A DNA stretch of 64,000 nucleotides from Sarea resinae (lineage: Eukaryota), in contig JAPEUD010000001.1 in NCBI GenBank assembly GCA_026026165.1, positions 248,001 through 312,000 on the forward strand. Direction: 5' to 3'. Within the stretch, counting starts at the first letter, position 1; the number at the start of each line of letters is the position of its first letter. The notes beneath the pieces are model-generated. The model was not told the origin of the DNA. It did not search any database and worked only from the letters and a program-made list of their open reading frames with translations. The position numbers and the translations under genes are program-made. Shown here piece by piece: positions 12,331 to 23,031 of this stretch.

Positions 12331-15320
12331 TGTGATTAGCTTAGTTAGAAGAACTCTAGCTATCTAGGTCTTTCTCTTCTTGTTTTGTTCGGGCTAGGTG
12401 AGGGATTTGATAGATAGCCAGAGCTCTATCACTCTGTCTCTCTTTAAAGAAGTGTATTGTGTTTTCAGTAAATATCTAGGGTTTATATAGGACGGTAGAG
12501 GGCGATATCATCATCAGCAGCCAAACTGACACCTGCAGTCTGATCACATAGCCGACGCACGACAGACAGAGCGATAGACTCTCGATTCTAGACCCCAACG
12601 GATGGATCATGGATGCTGTTGATCTGCTCCCGTTTCGGCGGCCGTCTGGGACCCTACGCAGTATTACAGAAGTAGTATGTCTCGGGTCTTGAGTCTTTGA
12701 ACTCCGTCCGAGTAGTATGGAGTAGATGTCTGGTTTAAGTAGACTACTCGAGGATGGCTACGGGAATTCAAGGGAATGGAAGCTAGGCTTGCTTGGTAGG
12801 GACGGGTCCAAGGCCCGAGGGGGCCGTTGTTTCGATAGCTCGTGCCTCCGTGCCTCGGTGCCTCCGTACCTCCGTAGCTCGCGTGCCGTGGCTAAGGGTG
12901 CCTTCAATGATGGGCGCGCTTTGACCGGAGGAGAGTAAAGGATAAACATACGGGCCGGGGTTTGCGAAATGCGATCCCGACTCTCGTTCTCGTACCTACT
13001 CGGAGAACTCTTGCGCACTACTACTCTACTCGCTGGACTCGGTAGTGCGCGAGAAGCGGCATTGGCGGCCGCGGTCTTTGGGGTCCGGGCCCAGTTGCAG
13101 CGCTGCGTAAGGGACGGTATCGATCCATTGGCGCCGGCCTGGACGCCTGAGAGATGGATGGGGATGGGCGCGAGGATCCACAGGGCGCAGCTGAAAGAGG
13201 TGCGTGGCTCGAACGAGACTGGAGCCGGGCACTTATACGGGAGGAGGACCTCCCCGGTCTGATTCATGTAGCGGAGTGGATGGGAGAGGGCGAGACGATT
13301 TCATGTATCGGGGCGGGAAATGAGGTTGATGGGTGGCTCAACCTCGGCTCAGATCAGATTGATTACCTGAGCTACTGAGTGGGTTTGGTGGGAGAGACGA
13401 CACGCGGATGGCAAGGGTCCCAGGTACTCTGTACACGGTCAGTAATCTCGTCGTGATGATCCTCGTTGCTTGATTCTTGATTCTGCTCCCTCTACAGAGT
13501 GCTCCTACTTAGGCCGAGTCACTTCTCTCATCAGGTATTCGGATTTTCATATTGTACCTGTGCTGGTGTCCGGGGCGCATGTCGGAAGATGAGTACCCGG
13601 GTCCTGACAGCTTGTACGAGTGCTACTTGCTGTCGCCGCCCGCCCAGCAAGGTACGAAGCCACTACGGCATGCAATGGGTCGTACGTACGAAGAGCTGGC
13701 AACGATGGATGCATCAAAATGCCTTCCATCTGCTGCGCTGCGGTGCCGTGCCCCTCTGGCCCCTCCTCTTGGCCCACGTCCGATGCACGTTTCTCGAAAC
13801 CGCCTTGGGTCTTGGCTCTCGTGGACGGCAGCCATGGCGGCCCCTTGGCACGTCTTTCGAGAAGATTCACCATCACGGCTTGGCAGGGTGGCGGCGATAC
13901 GAGCTGGAGCATAAAATCAATTGCATGTTCCGTGGATGAAAAGACATGCAGATGGACGGCATCAGGATCCCAGGGGAGATCCCGCGGGTGCCATGATGTC
14001 ACAGCCCAGCCAGCCATCCAAGGCCTCGGGGTTCGAGATGCATTGGTAGATGGACCCCAACAAGAGAGATTGGACACAGGATGAAGATCCTGGAGATCCT
14101 TCCTAGGCGGTGCATGTCGGAACGAGATCTGGCCGTCGGCGGTACTTGGGAGTACTCGGCGACTGGGTGCTGCCATGGTGAAGAGTTGTGCAGGTTATGA
14201 CCGACTTGTTCGATTTATGCGTGCACTACGGAGTAGAGTGGTCCTTGATTCATCAGGTACCGTGGGCAGCGTAATCTTGCACTCATAGTACTACGTAGTA
14301 CGTGGATCTGCACCAATGCCGGAAATGCCGAAAACACCCATCACTTAGAGCATGCAAGTAGTACCTAGTGAAGTCTCTTCCGTCGCAATTGATATGATGA
14401 GGTACCTCTCAGGCTACTCATCGTCCTCCTTCCTCTGGGCTCTCTCCAATCGACTCGTCTTGATCGAGGTGCCACGACAGACCATCATGGATCCATGATC
14501 CAATGCTTACGATGGAAGACTGAAGGCAGACACCTTACAGTACATTCCTTGGGTACTCGTCCTCAGTACTACTATGGTACTTCAGAGGAACAAGACGACG
14601 GCGTTAAGCATCCCCTGGGCGGAGATTGAAGAGACCGTACCTGCAAACCACCGGACGTGGACCTGCTCGACACCCAGTCGACACGTACCGCTGCGCTCGG
14701 TATCTCGCTCGTCTCTACCTGCTCCCTCGTGTACTCCGGAGTACTCGTGCAAGGACCAAGTCAGTCTTTGCTCCCTCGCCAACCGGGAAGCGGCCCTAAC
14801 AGACGAAACCGACGCAATCGCCGTCGTCCGTCTACGTAGTAGTCGTCACCCGTCCCTCATCACTGGCACTAATCTGCACCATCTGCGCCTCACCATCACA
14901 CCTTACTCCTTTCTTCCTGGCCCTTCTCGTCTCTTCGTCTTCCTCGCCTCTTGCGTCGCTCTTGCATCCTGGATGCAAAGATAGACGACTGCAGTCCGGT
15001 ACAGAGTACTACCGAGTACTACTGCGTCCAGTAGCTTCCTACAGAGATTTGTCGCCTTCGACCTCTGTACCAGCGGGTACCTCTCACCTTAGCCTCTGAC
15101 GGTTGGCCTTACCCTGGCCCGTCCGCCGAACCGCAACAAACTTATTTTATTACACCTCTCTCGCACCTCTTCCCCTCTTTTTCTCTCCTCGAGTCGGTCA
15201 CACCTCAAGGCAAGGAATCCCCCCCCCCCCAAATCATCGCATTCTTTTTCCCTCCTGACCAGTCCTCCGTCACGGCGGCTTTACTGTTGTTCGTCCTGAC
15301 TTCTTCCCTTTCCTTTCACC

Positions 15321-17288
15321 ATGGAGAAGGTTGATCCCGAGGGCCCGACGCCCGATGTCGAAGCCCAAAAGCCGACCAGGATCCCGTACTGGAAGCTGGT
15401 GGCCGACCAAGGTGTCTTGACACCGGAGGTCATCAAGCACGATTACGCGGGCTCCGGTACCGAAGAGGATCCATACTCGGTGGAATGGATTGCCAACGAC
15501 TCGCGAAACCCGATGCTCTTCTCGCAGACCAAGAAGTGGTCCATCACGATGCTGGCCGCCTTCACCACTCTCGCCGTCGCCATGGTCTCCTCGGCGTACA
15601 CGGGTGGTGTCGATGAGATCATGAAGGAATTCGGAGTGGGCAACGAGGTCGTCACGCTTGGTGTCTCATTGTTCGTTCTCGGTTTCGCCATCGGTCCTCT
15701 GATCTGGGCGCCCATGTCTGAGTTGTATGGCCGACAGTATCTGTTCATCGGCACCTACGCCGGTCTGACCGCGTTCAACGCCGGTGCCGCCGGTGCAAAC
15801 AACATCCAAGCGCTCCTGATCTGTCGTTTCTTTGCCGGATCATTTGGTTCGTCTCCTCTGACCAACGCCGGCGGTGTCATTGCCGACATGTTCCCCGCCT
15901 CCCAGCGTGGCATCGCTATGAGCGTCTTTGCGTCGGCTCCATTCTTGGGTCCAACCCTTGGTCCCATTATCGGAGGCTTTCTCGGCATGACTGAGGGCTG
16001 GAGGTGGGTCGAAGGGTTCCTAGCTATCTTCGCTGGTGCTCTCTGGATCGTCGGTACACTCTTGATGCCAGAGACCTACGCCCCGGTGCTGCTCCGCAGA
16101 CGTGCTGCAGCGCTCAGCAAATTGACTGGCAAAGTTTATGAGAGCAAACTTGACATCGATCGGGGTAAGACGACTCCCGGGGAGGCTTTCAAGACGGCGC
16201 TGTCTCGGCCGTGGATTCTTCTCATCTTCGAACCCATTGTGTTGCTTCTGTCCATCTACATGGCTATCGTCTACGGAACACTCTACATGCTTTTCGCTGC
16301 CTTCCCGATTGTATACCAGCAGACGCGGGGATGGAATCAAGGTGTTGGCGGCCTGCCTTTCCTCGGCGTCATGATCGGTATGCTTTTGGCCGTCGCTGTT
16401 ACAATTCCCGACAACAAGCGGTATCAAAATACTGCCAAGAAGTACGGAGGTTTCGCGCCACCAGAAACGCGACTGCTTCCTTGCATGGTTGGCGGAATTG
16501 CCATCCCGGTGGGCCTTTTCTGGTTCGCCTGGACCAATGCTCCGTCTGTTCATTTCATGGCTAGCATTGCTGCTGGGGTGCCTTTTGGCTTTGGGATGGT
16601 GCTCGTCTTCTTGAGCATCATGAACTATCTCATCGACTCGTATACCATCTTTGCTGCCTCGGTTCTTGCTGCCAATTCAGTCCTCCGATCCCTCTTCGGT
16701 GCCGCCTTCCCTCTCTTCACCACCTACATGTATCAAAATCTCGGCATTCACTGGGCGTCGTCTATTCCCGCCTTCTTGGCGCTGGGCTGCGTTCCGTTTC
16801 CCTTCCTCTTCTACAAGTATGGCCCGGCTATCCGTTCACGCTGCAAGTTTGCCGCCGAGGCCGACGAGTTCATGCGGAAGTTGCGCGCTGGTCAAGAGGC
16901 AGAAGACGAGGACGAGTCCGAGGAGGATGAGTCACCTGGGGCAGCGGAGAAGACGGCAGAGAGTGCTGGTGTCAAAGCCCCGCACTCCAACACCGAGCAC
17001 CGGGCTCCAGAAGAATACGAAGAAAACAACCCCTACGACATCGATCGTGTGCACAGCCGCGAGAGTTTCAGTCGGGAGAACCTGCATGGCTATGGCCGCA
17101 GCCGGAGTGGAAGCCGCGCATCAAGCCGACGTGACCTCAGCCGCACCAACACGGCTCGATCTCAGAAGACGATTCATCGCACCCAGAGCAACTACGAGGG
17201 CAACCCGTACGACATTGACCGAGTCAACACTCGCGGGTCTCACAAGTCGAGGAAGAGCACCAAGCGAGCCCAGACATTCAACACATGA
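15321..17288 (+). CDS. MFS drug:H+ antiporter, DHA1 family (Tpo1/Flr1-like), intronless, 655 aa
   Basis: GPLIWAPMSELYGR (motif A), RFFAGSFGS, GPTLGPIIGG (antiporter motif C), PETYAPVLL, PPETRL, YLIDSY; about 12 hydrophobic segments. Confidence 0.95.
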   Translation: MEKVDPEGPTPDVEAQKPTRIPYWKLVADQGVLTPEVIKHDYAGSGTEEDPYSVEWIANDSRNPMLFSQTKKWSITMLAAFTTLAVAMVSSAYTGGVDEIMKEFGVGNEVVTLGVSLFVLGFAIGPLIWAPMSELYGRQYLFIGTYAGLTAFNAGAAGANNIQALLICRFFAGSFGSSPLTNAGGVIADMFPASQRGIAMSVFASAPFLGPTLGPIIGGFLGMTEGWRWVEGFLAIFAGALWIVGTLLMPETYAPVLLRRRAAALSKLTGKVYESKLDIDRGKTTPGEAFKTALSRPWILLIFEPIVLLLSIYMAIVYGTLYMLFAAFPIVYQQTRGWNQGVGGLPFLGVMIGMLLAVAVTIPDNKRYQNTAKKYGGFAPPETRLLPCMVGGIAIPVGLFWFAWTNAPSVHFMASIAAGVPFGFGMVLVFLSIMNYLIDSYTIFAASVLAANSVLRSLFGAAFPLFTTYMYQNLGIHWASSIPAFLALGCVPFPFLFYKYGPAIRSRCKFAAEADEFMRKLRAGQEAEDEDESEEDESPGAAEKTAESAGVKAPHSNTEHRAPEEYEENNPYDIDRVHSRESFSRENLHGYGRSRSGSRASSRRDLSRTNTARSQKTIHRTQSNYEGNPYDIDRVNTRGSHKSRKSTKRAQTFNT

Positions 17289-17984
17289 GCGCTGTCTGTC
17301 TCGGTGTCAGAAGTCGTTTTAACCGGGGCGTTTGCTTTCTCTTTTGCCACTAGGCGTCGAGACGGGGGACGTGTCTGCCATTCTATCGTCGACAGGTCCC
17401 TGCAAGATATGTTGCTCTCGTTCGGCTGCATAGCGCGTGGGAATATGGTGCATGGTCCGTAGAGGCTGGTGTTGAGCACGGCGTGAACTGAAATTCAGTT
17501 TGTTGATTGAGATATCCTATCGATTTCGTCTCGCTCCATCGGCCACCCATCTCCGAACATTTTATTGTATATCGTCGTTCCCAATTCTTATAACCGCATT
17601 GTGTGTGGCCAATCAGCGAGCGATAGCGTGGCCAGCATTGGATGGATGCTTTGCCGGAAGGTCTGCGGTGTCTTTGTGTTTCTCTAAATATTTTTAACTC
17701 CTATTGTTGTTGGCGGGGAAAAACCTATGTCTATTAGTCATGAGGAGTCGCACCAACGCCGAGGGTTTCTTTAATCACCCTCTTATAGAAAAGCGAAGAC
17801 GAAGACGAAGAGCAGATGAAGGGAAGGAAGTACGGGCAATGTATGTAAATATGCCTATCTAATTATAATCTCCAATGAAGAAAAAAGAGTGGAATGCAGA
17901 CTCGAAAGATCAAGACGAGTGAAAAACTTGACAGGGCAAGAAAAGAGTTGCAGACTTGGAGGGATTGATTTGTATTTCATATTT

Positions 17985-18763
17985 CATGTTCATGTTCATG
18001 TTCATGTTCATGTTCATGTTCATCAGATTTATAATCATTCGATATTTCACGCGCGCTTTCTTGCTCAGAGCCAGCTAGCCAGCCAGCCAGCTAGCCAGAT
18101 AGATAGACTGACAGACAGACCGACAGGCAGACAGACAGGCAGGGGCCTGGGCATCCGGCTACCGCAGTTGGGCTAAGGCTCAGAGAAGAGATGAGATGGA
18201 GATAGAAACGGTGATGAAATAGAGATGAAGATATGAGAGATAGAAGATGAATCAACCGGCGTTTGCACACTATACCACCACCACTATATCACCACCACTT
18301 CGCCACCACTATCACCTCTCTACCCTTTAGTTAGTTGGCTGTGCTGTGCTGTTCTGTCCTATTGTGTAAGATAAGATAAGGTAGATAAGGTAGTTCAATG
18401 ATGGATAATCTATAATCTAAAAATCTAGAATAGGACACACACTGTCTCTTAAGTAATCAAGTAATCAAGTAATTGATTAATTGATTAATCAATTAATTAG
18501 TTGCTTGCTTACTTGCTTGCTTATGAAAGTTATTAATCAGGTGATTATAGGTAGGTGATAATTATAGTTAGTTACCTAGATAGGCTTATTTTTTTTTTTT
18601 AGTTATATATATTGATTACTTGCTATACATGCTACTTTCTATACACATTTGTGTACCTATATATATATAAGCATATTTAATAGTCTAATTCTATAGACAT
18701 AGTATTTTAGGCCTATAAGGTGTGTGTCTCCTAGGAGGTTTTTTTATTCTTAAAAAAAGGAGG

Positions 18764-18800
<37 letters not shown>

Positions 18801-19610
18801 GTAAACAAGTTATAAATTACCTTTTACCTTTACCTTTCCCTTTCCCTTTACCTTTACCTTTCCTTTACCTTTCCTTTACTTTACTTTTACCTTTACTTTT
18901 ACCTTTACCTTTACCTTATCTACTACTATTATATAGGTAGGTACGTAAGAGTAAGTAGATTCCCTATGTACCTGTTTACGTTTTTATGTTTATCTATATC
19001 TTTGTGTCTTTGTGTCCTAGTGTCCTAGTGTCCTAGTGTCCTAGTGTCCTAGTGTCCTAGTGTCAAGTACCAGTGTTAGATTACTTGAATTCAAGTTCAA
19101 GTCAGTTCAAGTTAGTCTAATTCAGTTCAATTCAGTTCAGTTCAATTCACTTCTTAGGTCAGTCTAATTCGGGTAGGTCGGTAGATTGACCGACCAACTG
19201 GAGTCTATTTACTTTTGATTCCTATAAACGGGGATGGGATTAGGGATTGGGATTGGATTTGGTTTGACTCGCAATCATGATCATGATATATCAATCAATC
19301 AACAAGGCAAGGTATTGTATCTTCCAGATCAGTCAGGTAGGTTCATCGATGGCGTAAGCCTGAGCCGAAGAACTATGCCTATGCCTATGCCCATGCCTAT
19401 GCCTATGCCTATGCCTATGCCTAAGCCCAGGTATGCATCAGCCTCTCCTCTAGCAGGACCGCAGGACCGCAGAACCGCAGGGTCGCAGGGTCGCAGGATC
19501 ACAGTACCTCTACCTATCAACCTCTGCCCCACAAACCTCCACTAGACAAGCTTACACAAGAAAGAAAGCAAGAAAGAAAGAAAGCAAGAAAAGAAGAAAA
19601 GAAGATGACA
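17985..19610. repeat. Dense mosaic of short tandem repeats between convergent genes: (CATGTT)n, (GCCA)n, (GACA)n, (GA)n, (CCTTTA)n, (TGTCCTAG)n, (AGTTC/AATTC)n, (CCTATG)n; AT-rich core about 18400-19200
   Basis: Directly visible arrays, e.g. 17988-18023, 18829-18916, 19012-19064 and 19373-19422. Confidence 0.9.
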
Positions 19611-19655
19611 GATCAGACCACATGTCCACGTGCCCCTTTCTCCTTTTGCTATCAA

Positions 19656-22522
19656 TCAAACTCCCTTGCCATCCCCAGCTTCCGTCTCGGTCTCCTGCTC
19701 GTTCGCCTGCTCGTTCGCCTGTGCCTCCGCCTCCGCCGTCGCCTTCGCCTTTGCCTTTCCGCCCTTGCCCCTGGCTTTCTTCTTCCGACTCGAGCCCCCG
19801 TCGCCGCCATCGGCTCCGGCTAGAGTAAGCGGGGCGTCCCGGACCCAGCGCGCGACCGCGTCTGCCCGTTCCGTGCTGATCGGGTATTCCTTTCCGTCCT
19901 CTTGGGCCCAGCGCTTGGGTGCCGTCGAGCTAGCGCCTGACATCTGGGTGGGTGTTGATGCTGATGCTGATGCTGATGCTGGTGGCTGTTGGGAAGAAGA
20001 GCAAGACGACGAAGAAAGGCGGCCTGGTGCTGCGCTCGAGACTGGTGCTGAGGTGGGACTGGGAGGAGGTGGGGGATTGAGAGTCAAGGTCGTTGTTGTG
20101 GAAGCCGAGGCAGCGGTAGTAATAGTGGCAGGAGCATCAGCATCGCACCTCGCGTTATTGTCAATGTCAGCGGCGGCGTCGGATTCTTCGGCCCGGCGCT
20201 CCCTCGCCCTAACGGCCGCCTGGAAGGATTCCTGATCGTGCACGCGCTCGTCGGCTAATGCTTCCAGGATCGCGGCTTGCTTCCTGCGCTCTCGCGCTTG
20301 CTGTTGCTGTTGCTCGCGCACCTGTGCCTGTTGGGCCGAGGCTTTGTCTTGGTTTTCTGCTCCTGTTGCTGCTTCTCTTTCGCCGGCGGCGTTGCTACTG
20401 ACACCACTAGCGGCACTTATGGAAGGAGAACGAGAACTCGCGGATGAATTTGGTGGATGCTGGTGCTGGTGCTGAGGGGCGTGGTGATAGTGATGCTGCC
20501 CCGGCCCTTGCCCCTGACCCTGACCCGGCAGCGGCGCAGGCGCACACAGACTCTCCCACGATTGTCGTAGATCCAGCCAACCTTTGGAGCGATGCAAGAT
20601 CTCGATCCAGTCGGCGCGAGCAGGCGACCTGGCGGCAAGGAAGACGGGATAGCCGTCGCACAGACGAGCGAGACGAGCGACATTGTGCGCATGACGGAGG
20701 AGTTCGGTGGACGATGTCTGGATTAGCGCGTGGCAGAGGAGGAGAGAATGCAGGGCGTCGGTCAGGAGGGGATGGTATGTAAGTGCTTCATGGACGTCTA
20801 GGGAGGCCAGGAGGGCGGCCGTCGCGGGGTTTTGCTGTTGGGTTTGGTGCCCGGACGCTCGTTTGTCTTTGGATGTGATGGTGGCGAGAGAGGTGCAGGG
20901 GTACGGGGGAAGATTAGATGGAGGAGAGGCGGAAAAGAGGCTGGAGATCTGATAGACTTCTGTCGGTGGGAGGGCGGGGTATGATGACGTTAAGTCCGAG
21001 GAAGGGAAGCCGTTGGTGTCGCCTCTCTTGTTGCCGGGGGTGACTAGGGCGGTGGACGGGGACTCGCTGGGGTTGATCTGGAGTGCTCGGTTGGACGCCT
21101 GAGAAGGTGGTTGCTTGAGGCCGGTGGCGGCATAGCTGACTTTATGGAGGAATTCTTCCGTGTGCTCAGCGGGGAGTCCAGGGGTGTAGTCGAAGTGGGA
21201 GAGGAAGGCGATATAGTCCTTGAGAGCGCGTTTCGCATAAGTCTTGACGATCTTTCGCGCCTCTAACCGTCTCTTCTGTGCTTCCTTGGCTGCTGCATCT
21301 GGCTCACACGAGGGCTCTGTTCCGTTTGCCGGTGCTGGTTCCATGGAGCCATTGTTTGGGCCCAAGCCTTCGAGTGCGACATCAACATGCTGACAAGCTA
21401 TGGTGAGATGAGCACCAGCCCGATGAAATAACAGCTGGTCCTCCAAGCTACTAGGCTGATCCTCCTCGTCAATCTTGACTTCTTGCCTCCAATCTCTCCC
21501 GTGCCCGTTTCTGCGTTCGGTACCCATCACACTAGCTAGCTCGAGTTCTCCTCTGCCTGCTTTGTGTTGAGCCATCCGATACCTACAGATTGCCAAAGCT
21601 TCCGTGAGATCTTTTGCAGCACCTAGATAATCATCCTTGAAGACGCGTGTTGCAGCTCTGGTGCGTAGCGGTGCTCCTTCACTCGGTCGATCTGCTATAA
21701 CCTCATCCAGCGGTCTCAGACTCGTACACTTGGCCAACATCCGTGACGGAATCTTCTCGTGGAAGAAGTGGACGTATTTGGCATCACTGTCGGTGGCATT
21801 GCGCTGTAGGACTAGGTTCGCAACGTCTTCCAGGCTCGACGCCGACTGCATCGTAGCCACGCTTGCGGCGATCTCATCGAGGTGATACGCGCGCGATAGC
21901 CTCTGCGTCGCAAGCTCTCGCATCCGGTGTTTCCGTTCCCGACTCAGTTTCGCATTGCCCCCCCCGCCACCTAGCCCTAAGCCCAGCGCCGCGGCACCCC
22001 CTCCACCCAGCATGCCATTGCTTGCGTTGAAGGAATTGTTGAGGGACGAAGAAGTGACACCGCTGGCGGCGCGAACGGCGAGATTGGTTGCTTCGTCGAC
22101 AAGATGCCGGATCTTGACCAGGTCATAGAGGACGGCTGGGTCGATAGGATGAGGTCGGGGAGAGAGAATGTTGCTGTGCGCGAGGGATTCGAGGACCTCG
22201 GGGGGTAGTTGAAGCCATGGACCGTGGAAAGAGGATATGTATCGCCAGTGCCTGAAGGTGGGTGAATCGCATTGGTTAGCTTATGAAGGGAAACCAGCAA
22301 GAGTTGAATGAATCGGCAGGAGAGAGATGTTTACTTGTTGCGACAGATGACCAATGCGGATGTAGAGGGTTCCTGTGTTTTGGATTTCCGTGAATTCGTC
22401 ATACTCGGAGCTGGACTGCCGGATTTCTCGCGATTTGTGGTTGTAGATGCAGATGCAGCGTCGAGCTCAGGTGAAAGGCTCGCCTGCCCCATTGCCCCCT
22501 TCTCCTTCTTTCTCTTCGTCAT
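19656..22522 (-). CDS. Conserved fungal hypothetical protein with a TPR-like helical segment. Exons 22522-22335, 22251-19656 (927 aa)
   Basis: Splice joins ALVICRNK to HWRYISSFHGPWLQLPPEVLE, in frame with the 785-aa ORF. Conserved-looking blocks YHLDEIAASVATMQSASSLE, YVHFFHEKIPSR, ARSPARADWIE and KEYPISTERA. I see no histidine-kinase motifs. Confidence 0.85.
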
Positions 22523-23031
22523 GTCCACTGATTGCAGGATCTGCGAGATGTTCTCACGGCATGATGTAATATAGTCGTGGATTGTTTCAGCAGCGGGAGA
22601 CTACAATAATTTTTTGGAGATGACATTGCGACGTCAAGCGAACTGAAAACATCTCCACGTACAGAGAAAGATCTACAGCTCAGAATCCATGAACGATGCG
22701 GGACAATGGCATACAGTCGAACCTTGTGGGAAAATTGTAGATTTACGGTGTTGATAGATGCTAGAATCATGTATCTCATGTTTAATTGATAACGCTTGCT
22801 GGTCAATGGCACATAATTCTCGTCGCGTCCGACACGACACACGTGGAAATATCGACCTCAGCTTATCGAGACGATATCTGTCCCTTAGGCTGTGGGGGAG
22901 GGGGAAAATAAATGAACACGCTCAAGACGCTCTCAGGCCGCAGTTTGAACAGTAAGCCTCACGTAGCCTCCCAAAACGCCAAATGATGCGACCGGGATAT
23001 GCAAAACGCGTTTTCGTCATTCACGTGCTCT

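Noticed and set aside
12726..14984. Several 100-210 aa ORFs upstream of the MFS gene, e.g. 12758-13267 and 13547-14176
   Set aside because: They overlap in many frames, have no recognisable motifs or splice pattern, and are typical chance ORFs in GC-rich promoter DNA.
18829..18916. (CCTTTA)n as an interstitial telomere
   Set aside because: The unit differs from CCCTAA and cannot be derived from it by C-to-T changes alone; it sits among many unrelated microsatellites.
19012..19064. (TGTCCTAG)n and neighbouring arrays as CRISPR-like repeats
   Set aside because: The genome is eukaryotic, the short units are contiguous without spacers, and there are no cas genes.
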